DNA of 56,004 bases from an uncultured archaeon (GTDB lineage: Archaea; Asgardarchaeota; Thorarchaeia; Thorarchaeales; Thorarchaeaceae). The stretch is from the NCBI GenBank assembly GCA_964590575.1, contig CAZPWM010000008.1:1-56004 (forward strand). Reading direction: 5' to 3'. A program made the position numbers and the translations under genes. Below are positions 19,363 to 29,370 of this stretch, in pieces; the first letter of the stretch is position 1, and each line of letters begins with the position of its first letter. The notes beneath the pieces are model-generated. The model did not search any database and had not been told where the DNA came from. It was given only the letters and a program-made list of their open reading frames with translations.

Positions 19363-20199
19363 TTGAGCGATTTCGTAAATGTCGATATAGGCGGACTACT
19401 TGTTGGACCAGATAAACCTGTTCGAGTGATGGGTGTAATTAACTTATCACCAGAGTCATTCTACAAAGGAACTGTTGCTGATAGTATTGACATGTATCAA
19501 GCAATGGTCGAAAATACCTCGAAACAGGGTGCTGAAATAATTGACATTGGTGGTGCATCCACTGCTCCAAAGAGTATCTATGGTACATCGGATATTTCAG
19601 TTCAGGAGGAGATTAAAAGAGTAGCTTATGCACTCGATTCCACAATGAGCTCAGCGTATCCTCCTTTTTCAATTGATACAACATCATCGGAAGTTGCAGA
19701 GGTTGCATTGGACCGCGGTGTTTCAATGGTTAATGACATCTCAGGACTGCATGCAGATCCGAACATGGCAAGTCTGGTTGCAGAAAGTGGGGTTCCTATT
19801 GTATTGATGGCGAACTGTGGCACGCCTTGTGAAAGTGTTCAGAAATCATTGAAGTCGTTGGAGGATAGTCTTGATATTGCGAAAAAAGCTGGAATCAAAT
19901 CGGAAAAGATAATCATAGATCCTGGAATTGGTTTCGGAAAACCTCCAGAGGTGGATGTGTCAATCCTCCAAGAGCTGACTCGTTTCATGAAACTTGATCA
20001 TCCGCTTCTGGTAGGTGTGTCAAGGAAAGCCTTCATTGGTCATATACTTGATCAACCGAATCCAGATGAACGATTGATTGGCTCAATGGTAGCAACTGCA
20101 GTCGCAGTGATGAATGGAGCTAGTGTTATTCGGACTCATGATGTCAGGGAAACAAAAATGGCTATACATATGGGGGAAGCCTTACGTAGGTCAAAATAG
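19363..20199 (+). CDS. folP: Dihydropteroate synthase
   Basis: 'MGVINLSPESF', 'IIDIGG', 'NDISG', 'DPGIGFGK', 'GVSRK', 'RTHDV'. Confidence 0.95.
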   Translation: MSDFVNVDIGGLLVGPDKPVRVMGVINLSPESFYKGTVADSIDMYQAMVENTSKQGAEIIDIGGASTAPKSIYGTSDISVQEEIKRVAYALDSTMSSAYPPFSIDTTSSEVAEVALDRGVSMVNDISGLHADPNMASLVAESGVPIVLMANCGTPCESVQKSLKSLEDSLDIAKKAGIKSEKIIIDPGIGFGKPPEVDVSILQELTRFMKLDHPLLVGVSRKAFIGHILDQPNPDERLIGSMVATAVAVMNGASVIRTHDVRETKMAIHMGEALRRSK

Positions 20200-20219
20200 T
20201 ATAATGAAATTCTTGGTGA

Positions 20220-20939
20220 GTGATTTTGAAATGGAATGATTGGTATCCAATTTACTTGGATATCGTGCAGAGATTGAATTTGGATTCCGATGCTGACAAG
20301 GAATCTACAGACCTTCTCACATCAATGCTTGAATCAATAGACCCTAACCCTCTCTTGAAACGATTGTCGGAACTCATATCGGGAAGTCATGTGATTGTTT
20401 GTGGTGCAGGACCATCATTGAAACAACATATGAAATCTCTACAGAAAGGAAGCAGTTTCGCAGATTCTGTGATTGTTGTGGCAGATGGTGCTACATCGGT
20501 CATTCTTGAACTTGGTCTACGTTGTGATGTGGTTGTGACCGATTTGGATAGTAATGTAGACCATCTTATAGAAGCGAAGAACAATGGAGCTCTTCTTATT
20601 GTTCATGCCCATGGAGACAATATTGATCGTGTGAAATCCATTGTCCCCAAGTTAGGTAACATTCTAGGAAGCACACAAGTTGAACCAACTGATAGAGCAT
20701 TCCTGTGGGGAGGGTTCACAGATGGGGATAGGGCATGTTATGTAGTGAGTGAATATTCGCCCAGAAGAATCATCCTAGCAGGTATGGATTTTGGTGTGAC
20801 CGTTGGAAAATGGTCTAAGCCAGGACATGACGATCACTTTCCAGCCAATGAGAGGAAGAGGATAAAACTGGAGATTGCTGAAGAGCTCATCTCTAATCTC
20901 TTGAAGAGGACTGGAGTAGAGCACCTATTCCTAACATAG
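20220..20939 (+). CDS. mptE: 6-hydroxymethyl-7,8-dihydropterin pyrophosphokinase (MptE, DUF115)
   Basis: 'GAGPSL', 'ADGA', 'VTDLD', 'HAHGDN', 'GGFTDGDRA', 'GMDFG'; adjacent to folP. Confidence 0.9.
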   Translation: MILKWNDWYPIYLDIVQRLNLDSDADKESTDLLTSMLESIDPNPLLKRLSELISGSHVIVCGAGPSLKQHMKSLQKGSSFADSVIVVADGATSVILELGLRCDVVVTDLDSNVDHLIEAKNNGALLIVHAHGDNIDRVKSIVPKLGNILGSTQVEPTDRAFLWGGFTDGDRACYVVSEYSPRRIILAGMDFGVTVGKWSKPGHDDHFPANERKRIKLEIAEELISNLLKRTGVEHLFLT

Positions 20940-20979
20940 ATTGGTTTCCTTACATTCTATGGAAGAAGAGGAGAGTCTA

Positions 20980-21399
20980 TTAGATACCCGCCTTGATACG
21001 CCATAGATAGGTGAAGATGAGGAAAGCTACACCTGCCATTATCATTCCAAGTATCATAAGTCTGGTTGCATAACCTGGTTGGAACACGTATTTCGAAGCA
21101 TAGTATATTAACCCGAGACCACCCACACCCACAAGAATAATCACTGAAGCAACAATTCCTTCCATTCCTAGTTGCTGATCGAGTCCAGGAGCAATAACAA
21201 TCGGTACACCGCTCTGGCTTCCTGCTATAGCAGGTGGTGTTCGGACTAAGGTATAGATATTACCACCGAGAACGAACAGTACAACAAGGAAAATCATTCC
21301 AAATATGACTGTGTCCGGAGGGCGAGAAGGCATTCCAAAACTGGGCCTAGTGAGTCGCACTCTTGGTTTTACTATGATTCTCGGCCACCAGGGCTTCAC
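20980..21399 (-). CDS. OST3/OST6- or OSTC(DC2)-like 3-TM membrane protein
   Basis: 'GGNIYTLVRTPP...IAPGLDQQLGMEG' matches the G..Y..I..PP...Q...EG pattern of OST3/OST6/OSTC; three TM helices. Confidence 0.75.
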   Translation of the reverse strand: MKPWWPRIIVKPRVRLTRPSFGMPSRPPDTVIFGMIFLVVLFVLGGNIYTLVRTPPAIAGSQSGVPIVIAPGLDQQLGMEGIVASVIILVGVGGLGLIYYASKYVFQPGYATRLMILGMIMAGVAFLIFTYLWRIKAGI

Positions 21400-21552
21400 T
21401 TATCTTACCTCGAGCGGTCCACATTTTGCGTCTGCTTTTAAGACTTACGCGATATACAATATTGTACTAGCATGGGTTGGACAAGTGTGCCACAACTGCT
21501 ATTTGAACGTGTAAGTGAATGTGAAAGAGACTAAGAAGAGAGGTATGCAATA

Positions 21553-23682
21553 ATGTCCAGAGTGATGCTAATCACAGAGAAACCTACTGCAGCAAAACGT
21601 ATCGCTCATGCTCTGGATGACAATAAAGCCCCCACTGAGGTTAAGAAACGTAGAGCCTCATATTTTGATTGCAAAAGGGGAAATGATGACCTCATTGTCG
21701 TATATGCACTCGGACATCTATTCGAACTACAACAGACTGTGAAAGGGTGGACCTACCCCAGGATGGAGACCTCATGGGTTCCAAAGTATGAAGTTGAAAA
21801 GAAAGCTACGCACATGAAACCCATAATCAGTTTAATCACCAAATTAGCGAAGGAAGTCGATAGTTTTGTCATTGCAACGGACTATGATATCGAGGGAAGT
21901 CTGATTGGATATCTTACATTGAAGTATGCTTGTAAGGCGGATCCAACAAAAGCACGTAGGATGCTCTTTAGTACTCTCACCGACTCAGAAATACAAAATG
22001 CCTTCGAAAAGATGTCAGATACCTTAGATTTCCCAATGATTGAAGCTGGGCAAGTCAGACATGAGATTGATTGGCTGTACGGTATTAATCTTACCAGAGC
22101 GTTAACACTCGCTGTGAAGAACATTGCTGGGTGGTTCAAGATTGTGTCAACCGGAAGGGTTCAAGGACCGACTCTCTCATACGTTGCAGAGAGGGAGCAG
22201 AAGATCAATCTCTTTGTACCATTCCCATTTTGGGTGATTCATGCAAAGACTGTACACAATGACATTGAGATAGAACTAGAGTATTCTAAGAAACGTATAG
22301 ACACTAGGCACGATGCTGAAACTATAGTAGCAACCTTGGATAAGAAAACAGCCTATGTGGAATCAATAAACAGCAGGACCACTACACAGCAGCCACATCC
22401 GCCATTCAATCTTAGCACTCTTCAGGCTGAGGCTTATCGACATTTCGGCTTTAAGCCAAGCAGAACACTTGCTATTGCACAATCACTCTATCTAGATGCG
22501 CTCATCTCATATCCTAGAACAAGTAGCGAGAAACTACCACAGTCATTGGATCTAAAGCAGATTCTCAACGGGCTTGGTAAGATGAAGAACTATGCTTCAA
22601 TGGTGAAGCAGGTGATGAGAGCTAGTAGTCTAACTCCAGTACAAGGGAAAAAGAGCGACCCTGCTCACCCGGCGATACATCCTACCGGGTCCAAGGCAAC
22701 AAAACGACTCACGCCGAGTGAGCGTAATCTGTATGACCTCATAGTCAGGAGGTTTCTTGCACTTTTTGGGGACCCTGTGGAGAAAGAACATCTCCGTGCA
22801 GACATTAAACATGAGGATCATCTATTTTACCTGAGAGGACTCAGGATTCTGAAGCAGGGTTGGATGGAGTTCTATGGACCTTATGCTAAAACAAGTGAGA
22901 GAGAACTTCCGGATATTTCTGAAGGCGACTCACTTCTATTGAGTCCTGTCAAAGATGAAGAGCGATACACTCAACCTCCATCTCGGTTCAATCCAGCAAG
23001 TCTCTTGAAGTTGCTGGAGCGAGAGAATCTTGGTACGAAGGCAACAAGAGCAAGAATTGTTGATTCCATCAAGTCCCGAGGGTATACGTTGAATGATAGC
23101 TTTGAACTCTCTACATTGGGATATGCCCTCTTTGAAACTCTGGAAAAATATATACCAGACATTCTCTCTCCAGAACTAACACGGCAACTGGAAAAAGAGA
23201 TGGATGAAATTCAACAAGAAAAAACGAATAGAGAATATGTGTTGTCAAGAGCAAAAGATGAACTCCTAAAACTACTTGAAAATTTCAATACTAGAGAAAG
23301 TGAGATTGGAAACGATCTTGTCATGGGTATACAGAGGTATTGGAAATCCAAAGAGGAACTGGGTGAATGTCCAAAATGTAAAGTGGGAACACTTCGTGTG
23401 ATAAGGTCCTCCAAGACAGGGAAGAGGTTTGTGGGATGTTCTAACTACAGCGAAGGCGCGTGTGACCAAACATTTCCTCTCCCGCAGAAAGGAGATTTGT
23501 CGCCTTTGGACCAGAAGTGTCCGTATTGTGGATATCAAATGTTCCAAGTCATATCTGGGCGTAGAAAATGGGAAACATGCATCAATTGGACTGAGTGCCC
23601 AGGCAGGAAGGATGAACTCAAAGCTCTTGATGAACGAAGAACAAAGCAGACTGAAGAACTGCAGAAGGAGGCTGAAAAGTGA
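21553..23682 (+). CDS. topA: Type IA DNA topoisomerase with C-terminal zinc ribbons
   Basis: 'ITEKP', 'ATDYDIEG', 'STGRVQGP', catalytic 'ISYPRT', 'LGTKATR'. Confidence 0.96.
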   Translation: MSRVMLITEKPTAAKRIAHALDDNKAPTEVKKRRASYFDCKRGNDDLIVVYALGHLFELQQTVKGWTYPRMETSWVPKYEVEKKATHMKPIISLITKLAKEVDSFVIATDYDIEGSLIGYLTLKYACKADPTKARRMLFSTLTDSEIQNAFEKMSDTLDFPMIEAGQVRHEIDWLYGINLTRALTLAVKNIAGWFKIVSTGRVQGPTLSYVAEREQKINLFVPFPFWVIHAKTVHNDIEIELEYSKKRIDTRHDAETIVATLDKKTAYVESINSRTTTQQPHPPFNLSTLQAEAYRHFGFKPSRTLAIAQSLYLDALISYPRTSSEKLPQSLDLKQILNGLGKMKNYASMVKQVMRASSLTPVQGKKSDPAHPAIHPTGSKATKRLTPSERNLYDLIVRRFLALFGDPVEKEHLRADIKHEDHLFYLRGLRILKQGWMEFYGPYAKTSERELPDISEGDSLLLSPVKDEERYTQPPSRFNPASLLKLLERENLGTKATRARIVDSIKSRGYTLNDSFELSTLGYALFETLEKYIPDILSPELTRQLEKEMDEIQQEKTNREYVLSRAKDELLKLLENFNTRESEIGNDLVMGIQRYWKSKEELGECPKCKVGTLRVIRSSKTGKRFVGCSNYSEGACDQTFPLPQKGDLSPLDQKCPYCGYQMFQVISGRRKWETCINWTECPGRKDELKALDERRTKQTEELQKEAEK

Positions 23683-23912
23683 CTTACTGCACAATTTGTG
23701 GTCGCATTGCATTAAAGGAGAGTACCATCTGTCGGTATCATAAGGAAGCACTGGATAATCTACAATCATCGTATAAGCACTGGAAAGAAGCAAGCGGAGT
23801 GAGTTGGGAGGAATATCTAGAGAAACTCTGTCAGATAGAAGAAACAGGGCGTTGGGTGTTTGAGGTGGCTGAACAGATTAAGTCAGGAGACGATCCCTCA
23901 AAACTGACATAA
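23679..23912 (+). CDS. Small Cys/His zinc-finger hypothetical protein coupled to topA
   Basis: CxxC...CxxH, 'WEEYL', 'TGRWV'; 4-nt overlap with the topA stop. Confidence 0.75.
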   Translation: MTYCTICGRIALKESTICRYHKEALDNLQSSYKHWKEASGVSWEEYLEKLCQIEETGRWVFEVAEQIKSGDDPSKLT

Positions 23913-24222
23913 GTTCCAACATCCGTTCCCGTGTCAGCGAACTCATCGCGACGATAAGCATGCAGGTCTGATTAGTCCATGAGGCTAACCTTTCGGCTAG
24001 TGTTCGTACTAGTGTGCTATCAATCTCATTGGTGAAGAATCCAACTGATGTGGGTTCAGAACGGCCTTGCCCAGCAGGGATTGCCATAGCAGACAATCCA
24101 AGTCTAAACTTGTTTGTGTCTGAGATTAGAACCAGAATGCCATTTGTCAAAGTCATAATGCGTACCTTGATAGTTCCAGCTGAGGTTTCTGATGAAAACT
24201 CGGTTATGTCATCGAACTCCAT
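23878..24222 (-). CDS. Proteasome assembly chaperone PAC4-like protein (tentative)
   Basis: 'LGLSAMAIP...PTS......TLAERLA....CMLIV' resembles the PAC4/PSMG4 pattern (recognised from memory). Confidence 0.55.
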   Translation of the reverse strand: MEFDDITEFSSETSAGTIKVRIMTLTNGILVLISDTNKFRLGLSAMAIPAGQGRSEPTSVGFFTNEIDSTLVRTLAERLASWTNQTCMLIVAMSSLTRERMLELMSVLRDRLLT

Positions 24223-24327
24223 TACTGATCAAGCACCTGATGAAGTGGTAGGATAAATCACTAGCGCAAATGGGTTTTAGAAGCAACACTGTTATCAAGG
24301 CGTCGATTGGCAGATGAATAGAGATCT

Positions 24328-26259
24328 ATGACCGGAGATTCCTCGAGCTATGCGGACTTTTTTCCGTATCCTGAAGCGCGCGAAGGTCAAGAGGCCATGA
24401 TGAAAAGAATAGAGGAATCAGTCAACGCCAAAGTCCACATTTGTTCAGAAGCACCAAATGGTTTTGGAAAAACCTGTGTGACGTTGAGTAGTGTATTGCC
24501 TTGGATAAAAGAGAAGAAGGGAAAGATTCTGTATTGTGCGCGCACTCACAGACAACTCGACAGGGTGATGGAAGAACTAGAGGAAATATCAGGCAAAAAA
24601 GATGTTTCTGGTGTTTCTTTCCGTGGCCGACGACATATGTGTTTGAACGCATTTGTACTTGAGAACGCTGATTTTGTTGCTCCGATTTCAGAAGTCTGTG
24701 GACAACTGAAGGCGACCGGGAGATGTGCATACTATGAAAATCTTCGTCACGCTGGAAATCCTGAAGATCTTCTGGATGACATGCCAAAGAAGGTGCTTAC
24801 AGCACCAGAGATTTCAAAGATTGCTAGTAGTAAATCATTTTGTCCATATGAACTCACGAAACGTCTTGCTAAAGTTGTTGATGTGGTGGCACTTTCATAT
24901 CTCTATGTCTTTGATCCATGGATACTTGAGGTGTTTATCCCTGACCTTGATACACCTCCATCAAAGATGGTACTTGTACAGGATGAAGCTCATAATGTAC
25001 CCGCCACTGCGTTGGACTCAGCTAGTGATTCATTGACTATTGGAACAATAAGACAAGCATTGCGTGAGGCAACAACCTACAATGATGAACCCTCCAAGGA
25101 TTTCAATCGCGCATTAGCAAAAACAATCTTGGAACTTTCTTCAGATATGAAACAGGTTGAAGAGAGACCAGTGGATCCCCGCAAGATAGTCGAGTCTACA
25201 ATTAAGATAGCTCAATTGGAACATCAACCACAGATACTTGCACATATGAAGGATTTAGGTTCCAAAATCCGACGAGGTCTATTGAAGTCGGGTAAGTTTC
25301 CACGTTCTTCAATCCATAGAGTAAGTGAATTCTTGGTCAAATGGTTGAGATGTGCAGAGAGAAAGGACTATACTTTCCTATTGGCATCCAACAAGGGGTA
25401 TGGAGAGAGTAGGAGGGTTTCATTAGACCTTGTTGCATTAGACCCAACAGCAGTTACAAAGAACGTTTTGAACATGGTGCATAGTTCAATAGCAATCTCG
25501 GGCACAATGTCACCACTAGATGCATATGCTGAGATGCTGGGTTTTGGATCGGATGCGGTCAAAGCAACTTTTCAAAGTCCTTTTGCTAGAAGGAATAGAC
25601 TTGGTCTGATTGTAAGTGGTTTAGATACATCATTTCAGAACCGAAGTAGATCTACCTTCGAACGAATGGTTGATCATTGTGTGGCTGTCGCAGATGGTAC
25701 ACCAAGCAATACAGGAATTTTCACCTCAAGCTATTCTGTCGGTAAATCACTTATCGACGCAGGTCTCGAGAAACGCCTTCGGCGTAAACTCTTTGTGGAA
25801 AAACCCGGAATGAAGGGTGTTGAAAATGATAAATTGATTGATGACTTCAAAAAACAGGGAGACCGTGGTGGAGCTGTGCTTCTTGGCGTACAAGGCGGTC
25901 GCAACTCAGAGGGAGGAGATTTTCCAGGCACAACCATGGAGAGTGTGGTTGTTGTAGGAGTCCCCTATGCTAAACCTACTCCAAGGATGGAGGCACAAAT
26001 CAACTACTATGATGCGAGATTCAACCAGAAAGGCAGAGATTATGCATATGTACTTCCAGCTGTGACTCGTGCCATTCAAGCAGCTGGTAGACCGGTGAGA
26101 CGATTAGAGGATAGAGGAGTAATTGTAATGCTTGACCAACGATTTGGTACACCTTACCTTAGCAGATTCATTCCATCCTGGCTAATCGATGTCACACAAG
26201 TCATTCCAGACGATCCAGAAATAACATCTCATCAAGTTGAGAGCTTCTTTATTGTCTAG
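24328..26259 (+). CDS. xpd: XPD/Rad3-family Fe-S DNA helicase
   Basis: Q motif 'FPY..AREGQ', 'APNGFGKT', Fe-S cysteines including 'FCPY', 'DEAHN', 'QAAGRPVR'. Confidence 0.93.
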   Translation: MTGDSSSYADFFPYPEAREGQEAMMKRIEESVNAKVHICSEAPNGFGKTCVTLSSVLPWIKEKKGKILYCARTHRQLDRVMEELEEISGKKDVSGVSFRGRRHMCLNAFVLENADFVAPISEVCGQLKATGRCAYYENLRHAGNPEDLLDDMPKKVLTAPEISKIASSKSFCPYELTKRLAKVVDVVALSYLYVFDPWILEVFIPDLDTPPSKMVLVQDEAHNVPATALDSASDSLTIGTIRQALREATTYNDEPSKDFNRALAKTILELSSDMKQVEERPVDPRKIVESTIKIAQLEHQPQILAHMKDLGSKIRRGLLKSGKFPRSSIHRVSEFLVKWLRCAERKDYTFLLASNKGYGESRRVSLDLVALDPTAVTKNVLNMVHSSIAISGTMSPLDAYAEMLGFGSDAVKATFQSPFARRNRLGLIVSGLDTSFQNRSRSTFERMVDHCVAVADGTPSNTGIFTSSYSVGKSLIDAGLEKRLRRKLFVEKPGMKGVENDKLIDDFKKQGDRGGAVLLGVQGGRNSEGGDFPGTTMESVVVVGVPYAKPTPRMEAQINYYDARFNQKGRDYAYVLPAVTRAIQAAGRPVRRLEDRGVIVMLDQRFGTPYLSRFIPSWLIDVTQVIPDDPEITSHQVESFFIV

Positions 26260-27020
26260 CAGTCGTCAGCCAATATACGGTCCAGAGATGTTTCACCAAG
26301 CAAAATAGCACGGGCTTCGTCACGAGATATCTCTTTTTTAGCCCGAGTGAAACGTCGAACATATAGTTTCAGGGATTTGATATACCCTTCTTTTGGTTCA
26401 AGGATAGTGTCATTCTCTGTGTGTGGACGTCCGGATCTTCCAGCTATAAGGATAGCTGATGACTGGTCAGAGGTGAATCCTCCTGATAGAGTTGTGCGAT
26501 GTTCATTCACAAGTTCAACTTCTAGGGCTGGAAAACAATGGTTCATGGTTCTGAGATACAATGTTGAATACAATTTTGATCCTATGCCAGTACGGACTAT
26601 CGTTTTGCAACTCGGGAAAAGACGAACAACATAGGATTCCAAACGTGATGTAAGTCGAGCTGCAGCATCCGGAGATGTGAGCGAGTTCTTGAATATCGCA
26701 ACACCATCGATGACAAGAGCCACACCAAATCTCATTCCGGGGTCAATCCCAATCACTGCAAAGGATGGTTTATGAATATCGTAAAGCTTGGTCATAATCT
26801 CAATTGCTGTGAAATCAGGGTCTATCTCGTCGTTGATGACAATGGTATTGTAATTGCTATTGGAGTTATTGTGATCTGTTATGATTACCTTGGCATCATC
26901 ACAATGAGAATCTCGCGGAGGGCAGACAACAAAAGTGAGGTCGAGTTTCTTAAGGAGCTCGATGACAAGATAGAGTGTCCGGGGATTCTCTGTAGTAATT
27001 GCAACCTGCCATTTAAGCAT
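26256..27020 (-). CDS. Conserved hypothetical protein with RNase H-fold (YqgF/RuvC-like) domain
   Basis: 'VIGIDPGMRFGVA', 'LVNEHRTT', 'DQSSAILIA'. Confidence 0.7.
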   Translation of the reverse strand: MLKWQVAITTENPRTLYLVIELLKKLDLTFVVCPPRDSHCDDAKVIITDHNNSNSNYNTIVINDEIDPDFTAIEIMTKLYDIHKPSFAVIGIDPGMRFGVALVIDGVAIFKNSLTSPDAAARLTSRLESYVVRLFPSCKTIVRTGIGSKLYSTLYLRTMNHCFPALEVELVNEHRTTLSGGFTSDQSSAILIAGRSGRPHTENDTILEPKEGYIKSLKLYVRRFTRAKKEISRDEARAILLGETSLDRILADDC

Positions 27021-27073
27021 GATATCGGTCCTTCTAGATACGCTTATCACTCGATAACGACGACAAGAAGGCA

Positions 27074-27775
27074 GTGAGACTGAATTTGATTCTTCCGTCT
27101 GGGGTAAAGTTACTTGATCGCATTCTTAATGGCGGGCTCAATACAGGTTTGTTCTCACATGTATATGGTGAAGCAGCTTCAGGAAAAACCACCCTTGCAT
27201 TGCAGTTCGTAGCAAGTGCGTATAAGCTCGATATAGGAACCATTTACGTGAACTCTGAAAATACCTCGCCCGTAAGACGCCTTGAACAGATGACAGATCA
27301 ACCATTTGGAAAAATCGAAAGAATGGTAAAGATTCTAGCTCCGAAGGGATTCAGTGAGCAGGGCGTCTTGATTGACGACCTAGAACTATACCTGCGGGAG
27401 AACACAAAACTTGTCATTATTGATACCTTGACTAAATACTATAGGCTGGAATTGGAGGACAAGAAAACAAACTATGCTAGGCATCGTGAACTGAATCGAC
27501 AAGCTGGAGTCTTGAAAGGGCTAGCAAGAAATAATGAGATTGCAATACTGGTTTTAAATCAAGTCAGATCACAATTCAAAGGTGTTGATGACTTCGAGCC
27601 AGTTGCGAAGAATATCTTAGATTATTGGTCGGACTATACGATTAAATTACGTGTTGCACAAGGGATTGGAGAAAGAGTCATCAAACGGGTTACACCTGAA
27701 GGAACATTCTCTGATGGGCGACTTTATCTAATTGAGAGTGGTTTTTCATCCGAAAAGCCAATTGAGAAAGAGTGA
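27074..27775 (+). CDS. radB: DNA repair and recombination protein RadB
   Basis: 'SG...LDRILNGG', 'YGEAASGKT', 'VIIDT', 'VLNQV'; no RadA N-terminal domain. Confidence 0.88.
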   Translation: MRLNLILPSGVKLLDRILNGGLNTGLFSHVYGEAASGKTTLALQFVASAYKLDIGTIYVNSENTSPVRRLEQMTDQPFGKIERMVKILAPKGFSEQGVLIDDLELYLRENTKLVIIDTLTKYYRLELEDKKTNYARHRELNRQAGVLKGLARNNEIAILVLNQVRSQFKGVDDFEPVAKNILDYWSDYTIKLRVAQGIGERVIKRVTPEGTFSDGRLYLIESGFSSEKPIEKE

Positions 27776-27813
27776 AATTGGAAAACTAAACGGCACACTT
27801 GGAGTATTACTCG

Positions 27814-28374
27814 ATGTACGAGGAACTAGCCATCTTCGAGCTATCAATCTGGCTTGGGTTATCTGCATGGATTGCTAACGCCACTCCTGTGTTAGGTGGT
27901 GGTGGTAGACCAATCGATGGGGGTAGGAATTTTAGTGATGGCCGACGTCTCTTGGGTAATGGTAAGACAGTACGAGGGTTCATTTTAGGAGTGTTTTTTG
28001 GTACACTCACTGGCGTAGGACAGTATCTTGCAGCTCCATACCTAAGGCCAATACTCGCACAGTTTGTCGTCATTACATCAGAGATGGATTATGTTCTCAG
28101 TATTAGTATCCCAGTAGCGTTTCTCTTATCACTGGGAGCTCTAACGGGAGATATGATTGGTTCGTTCATTAAAAGAAGAATCAATGTAAAGAGTGGCAAT
28201 CCTTCACCATTTCTTGACCAGATAGGATTCATAATCATGGCTTTGATTTTTGCATCTCCGTTAATTATACCAAATCCTATCTTTGTGATTGTCTTGACAC
28301 TAACTACACTAGGAATTCACTGGCTCAGCAATATCCTAGGGTACTTATTGGGCTTGAAAAAGAATCCATGGTAG
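27814..28374 (+). CDS. carS: CDP-archaeol synthase
   Basis: 'ANATPV...PIDGGR', 'LGNGKTVRG', 'GDMIGSFIKRR', 'LDQ', 'LGLKKNPW'. Confidence 0.95.
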   Translation: MYEELAIFELSIWLGLSAWIANATPVLGGGGRPIDGGRNFSDGRRLLGNGKTVRGFILGVFFGTLTGVGQYLAAPYLRPILAQFVVITSEMDYVLSISIPVAFLLSLGALTGDMIGSFIKRRINVKSGNPSPFLDQIGFIIMALIFASPLIIPNPIFVIVLTLTTLGIHWLSNILGYLLGLKKNPW

Positions 28375-28509
28375 TTTGGATTTAAGGAAAACCATAAAAG
28401 GTGACCAAAAGGACACTATATCATCTTAATCAATTCCACAGGACTGCTTCAATGGCCATGTGATTTGATGAGTGTTAGAGTTTCTGTAAAAACCGGAGTA
28501 GTTCTAACA

Positions 28510-29370
28510 ATGATGGTCAAGGATTGTATGCAATCGGACGTAGTGTACGTATCAGTTCCAGGATCTAGAGAAGATGTTCTTCAGCTGATGGCAGAGAAAC
28601 AAATCAATGGTGTTCCAGTTGTGAAAAAGGGGACCAAGTCGCTTGTTGGAATAGTCACTAGAACGGATCTTCTTCGGAAGGCTGATGAAAATCAACTAGC
28701 AATGCTCATGGTGAGGGACCCAGAAACCGTTTCTCCCAGAACTGATGTTAAAACAGCTCTTAAGTTAATGATTGATAAGAATTTTAGAAGGCTTCCTGTC
28801 GTTGAGAAAGACGAACTGGTTGGATTAATTTCAGTCCCTGATATCCTTGGAGCCACACTTGAGAAAGACAAGAAATATGGTGCAATGGAACTAGCTAATT
28901 TTGTCACACGAACAGTAAATGCGGTTTGGGAAAAAACTCCGCTTCCACTCTCATATATGATAATGGAGATGGCTGGTAAGAATGGTCTTGTTGTGCTTGG
29001 CGAGGGAGGAAGTGTAACAGGTATGATTACCGTGAGTGATTTCATCCGCCTCTCTGAAGTCACAGTTGAAGATAACGTTTCACAAACCTTCAGTGGTACA
29101 GACAACACAGTTGACTGGGGATGGACATCGAAAGATTTCCTTGTCGTGACCAAGAAACTTCTTCGATTACCGGGTACTGCAGTACAGGAAGTGATGACAA
29201 AGAACGTCATTAACTTCAGTGAGATTACCACCGTAGCTGAATGCGTCAGGACTCTTCGAGATGAGGATATTGATCAGGCGCCTGTATTGTCAGTCACTGG
29301 AAGTCTTATTGGTATGATTGAGGACAAAGACCTGTTACATTTGGCTTTAGAGTCTCTAGATACTGATTAG
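28510..29370 (+). CDS. Four-CBS-domain protein
   Basis: Repeated CBS motifs 'GVPVV...LVGIVT..D' and 'RRLPVV...LVGLIS..D'. Confidence 0.92.
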   Translation: MMVKDCMQSDVVYVSVPGSREDVLQLMAEKQINGVPVVKKGTKSLVGIVTRTDLLRKADENQLAMLMVRDPETVSPRTDVKTALKLMIDKNFRRLPVVEKDELVGLISVPDILGATLEKDKKYGAMELANFVTRTVNAVWEKTPLPLSYMIMEMAGKNGLVVLGEGGSVTGMITVSDFIRLSEVTVEDNVSQTFSGTDNTVDWGWTSKDFLVVTKKLLRLPGTAVQEVMTKNVINFSEITTVAECVRTLRDEDIDQAPVLSVTGSLIGMIEDKDLLHLALESLDTD

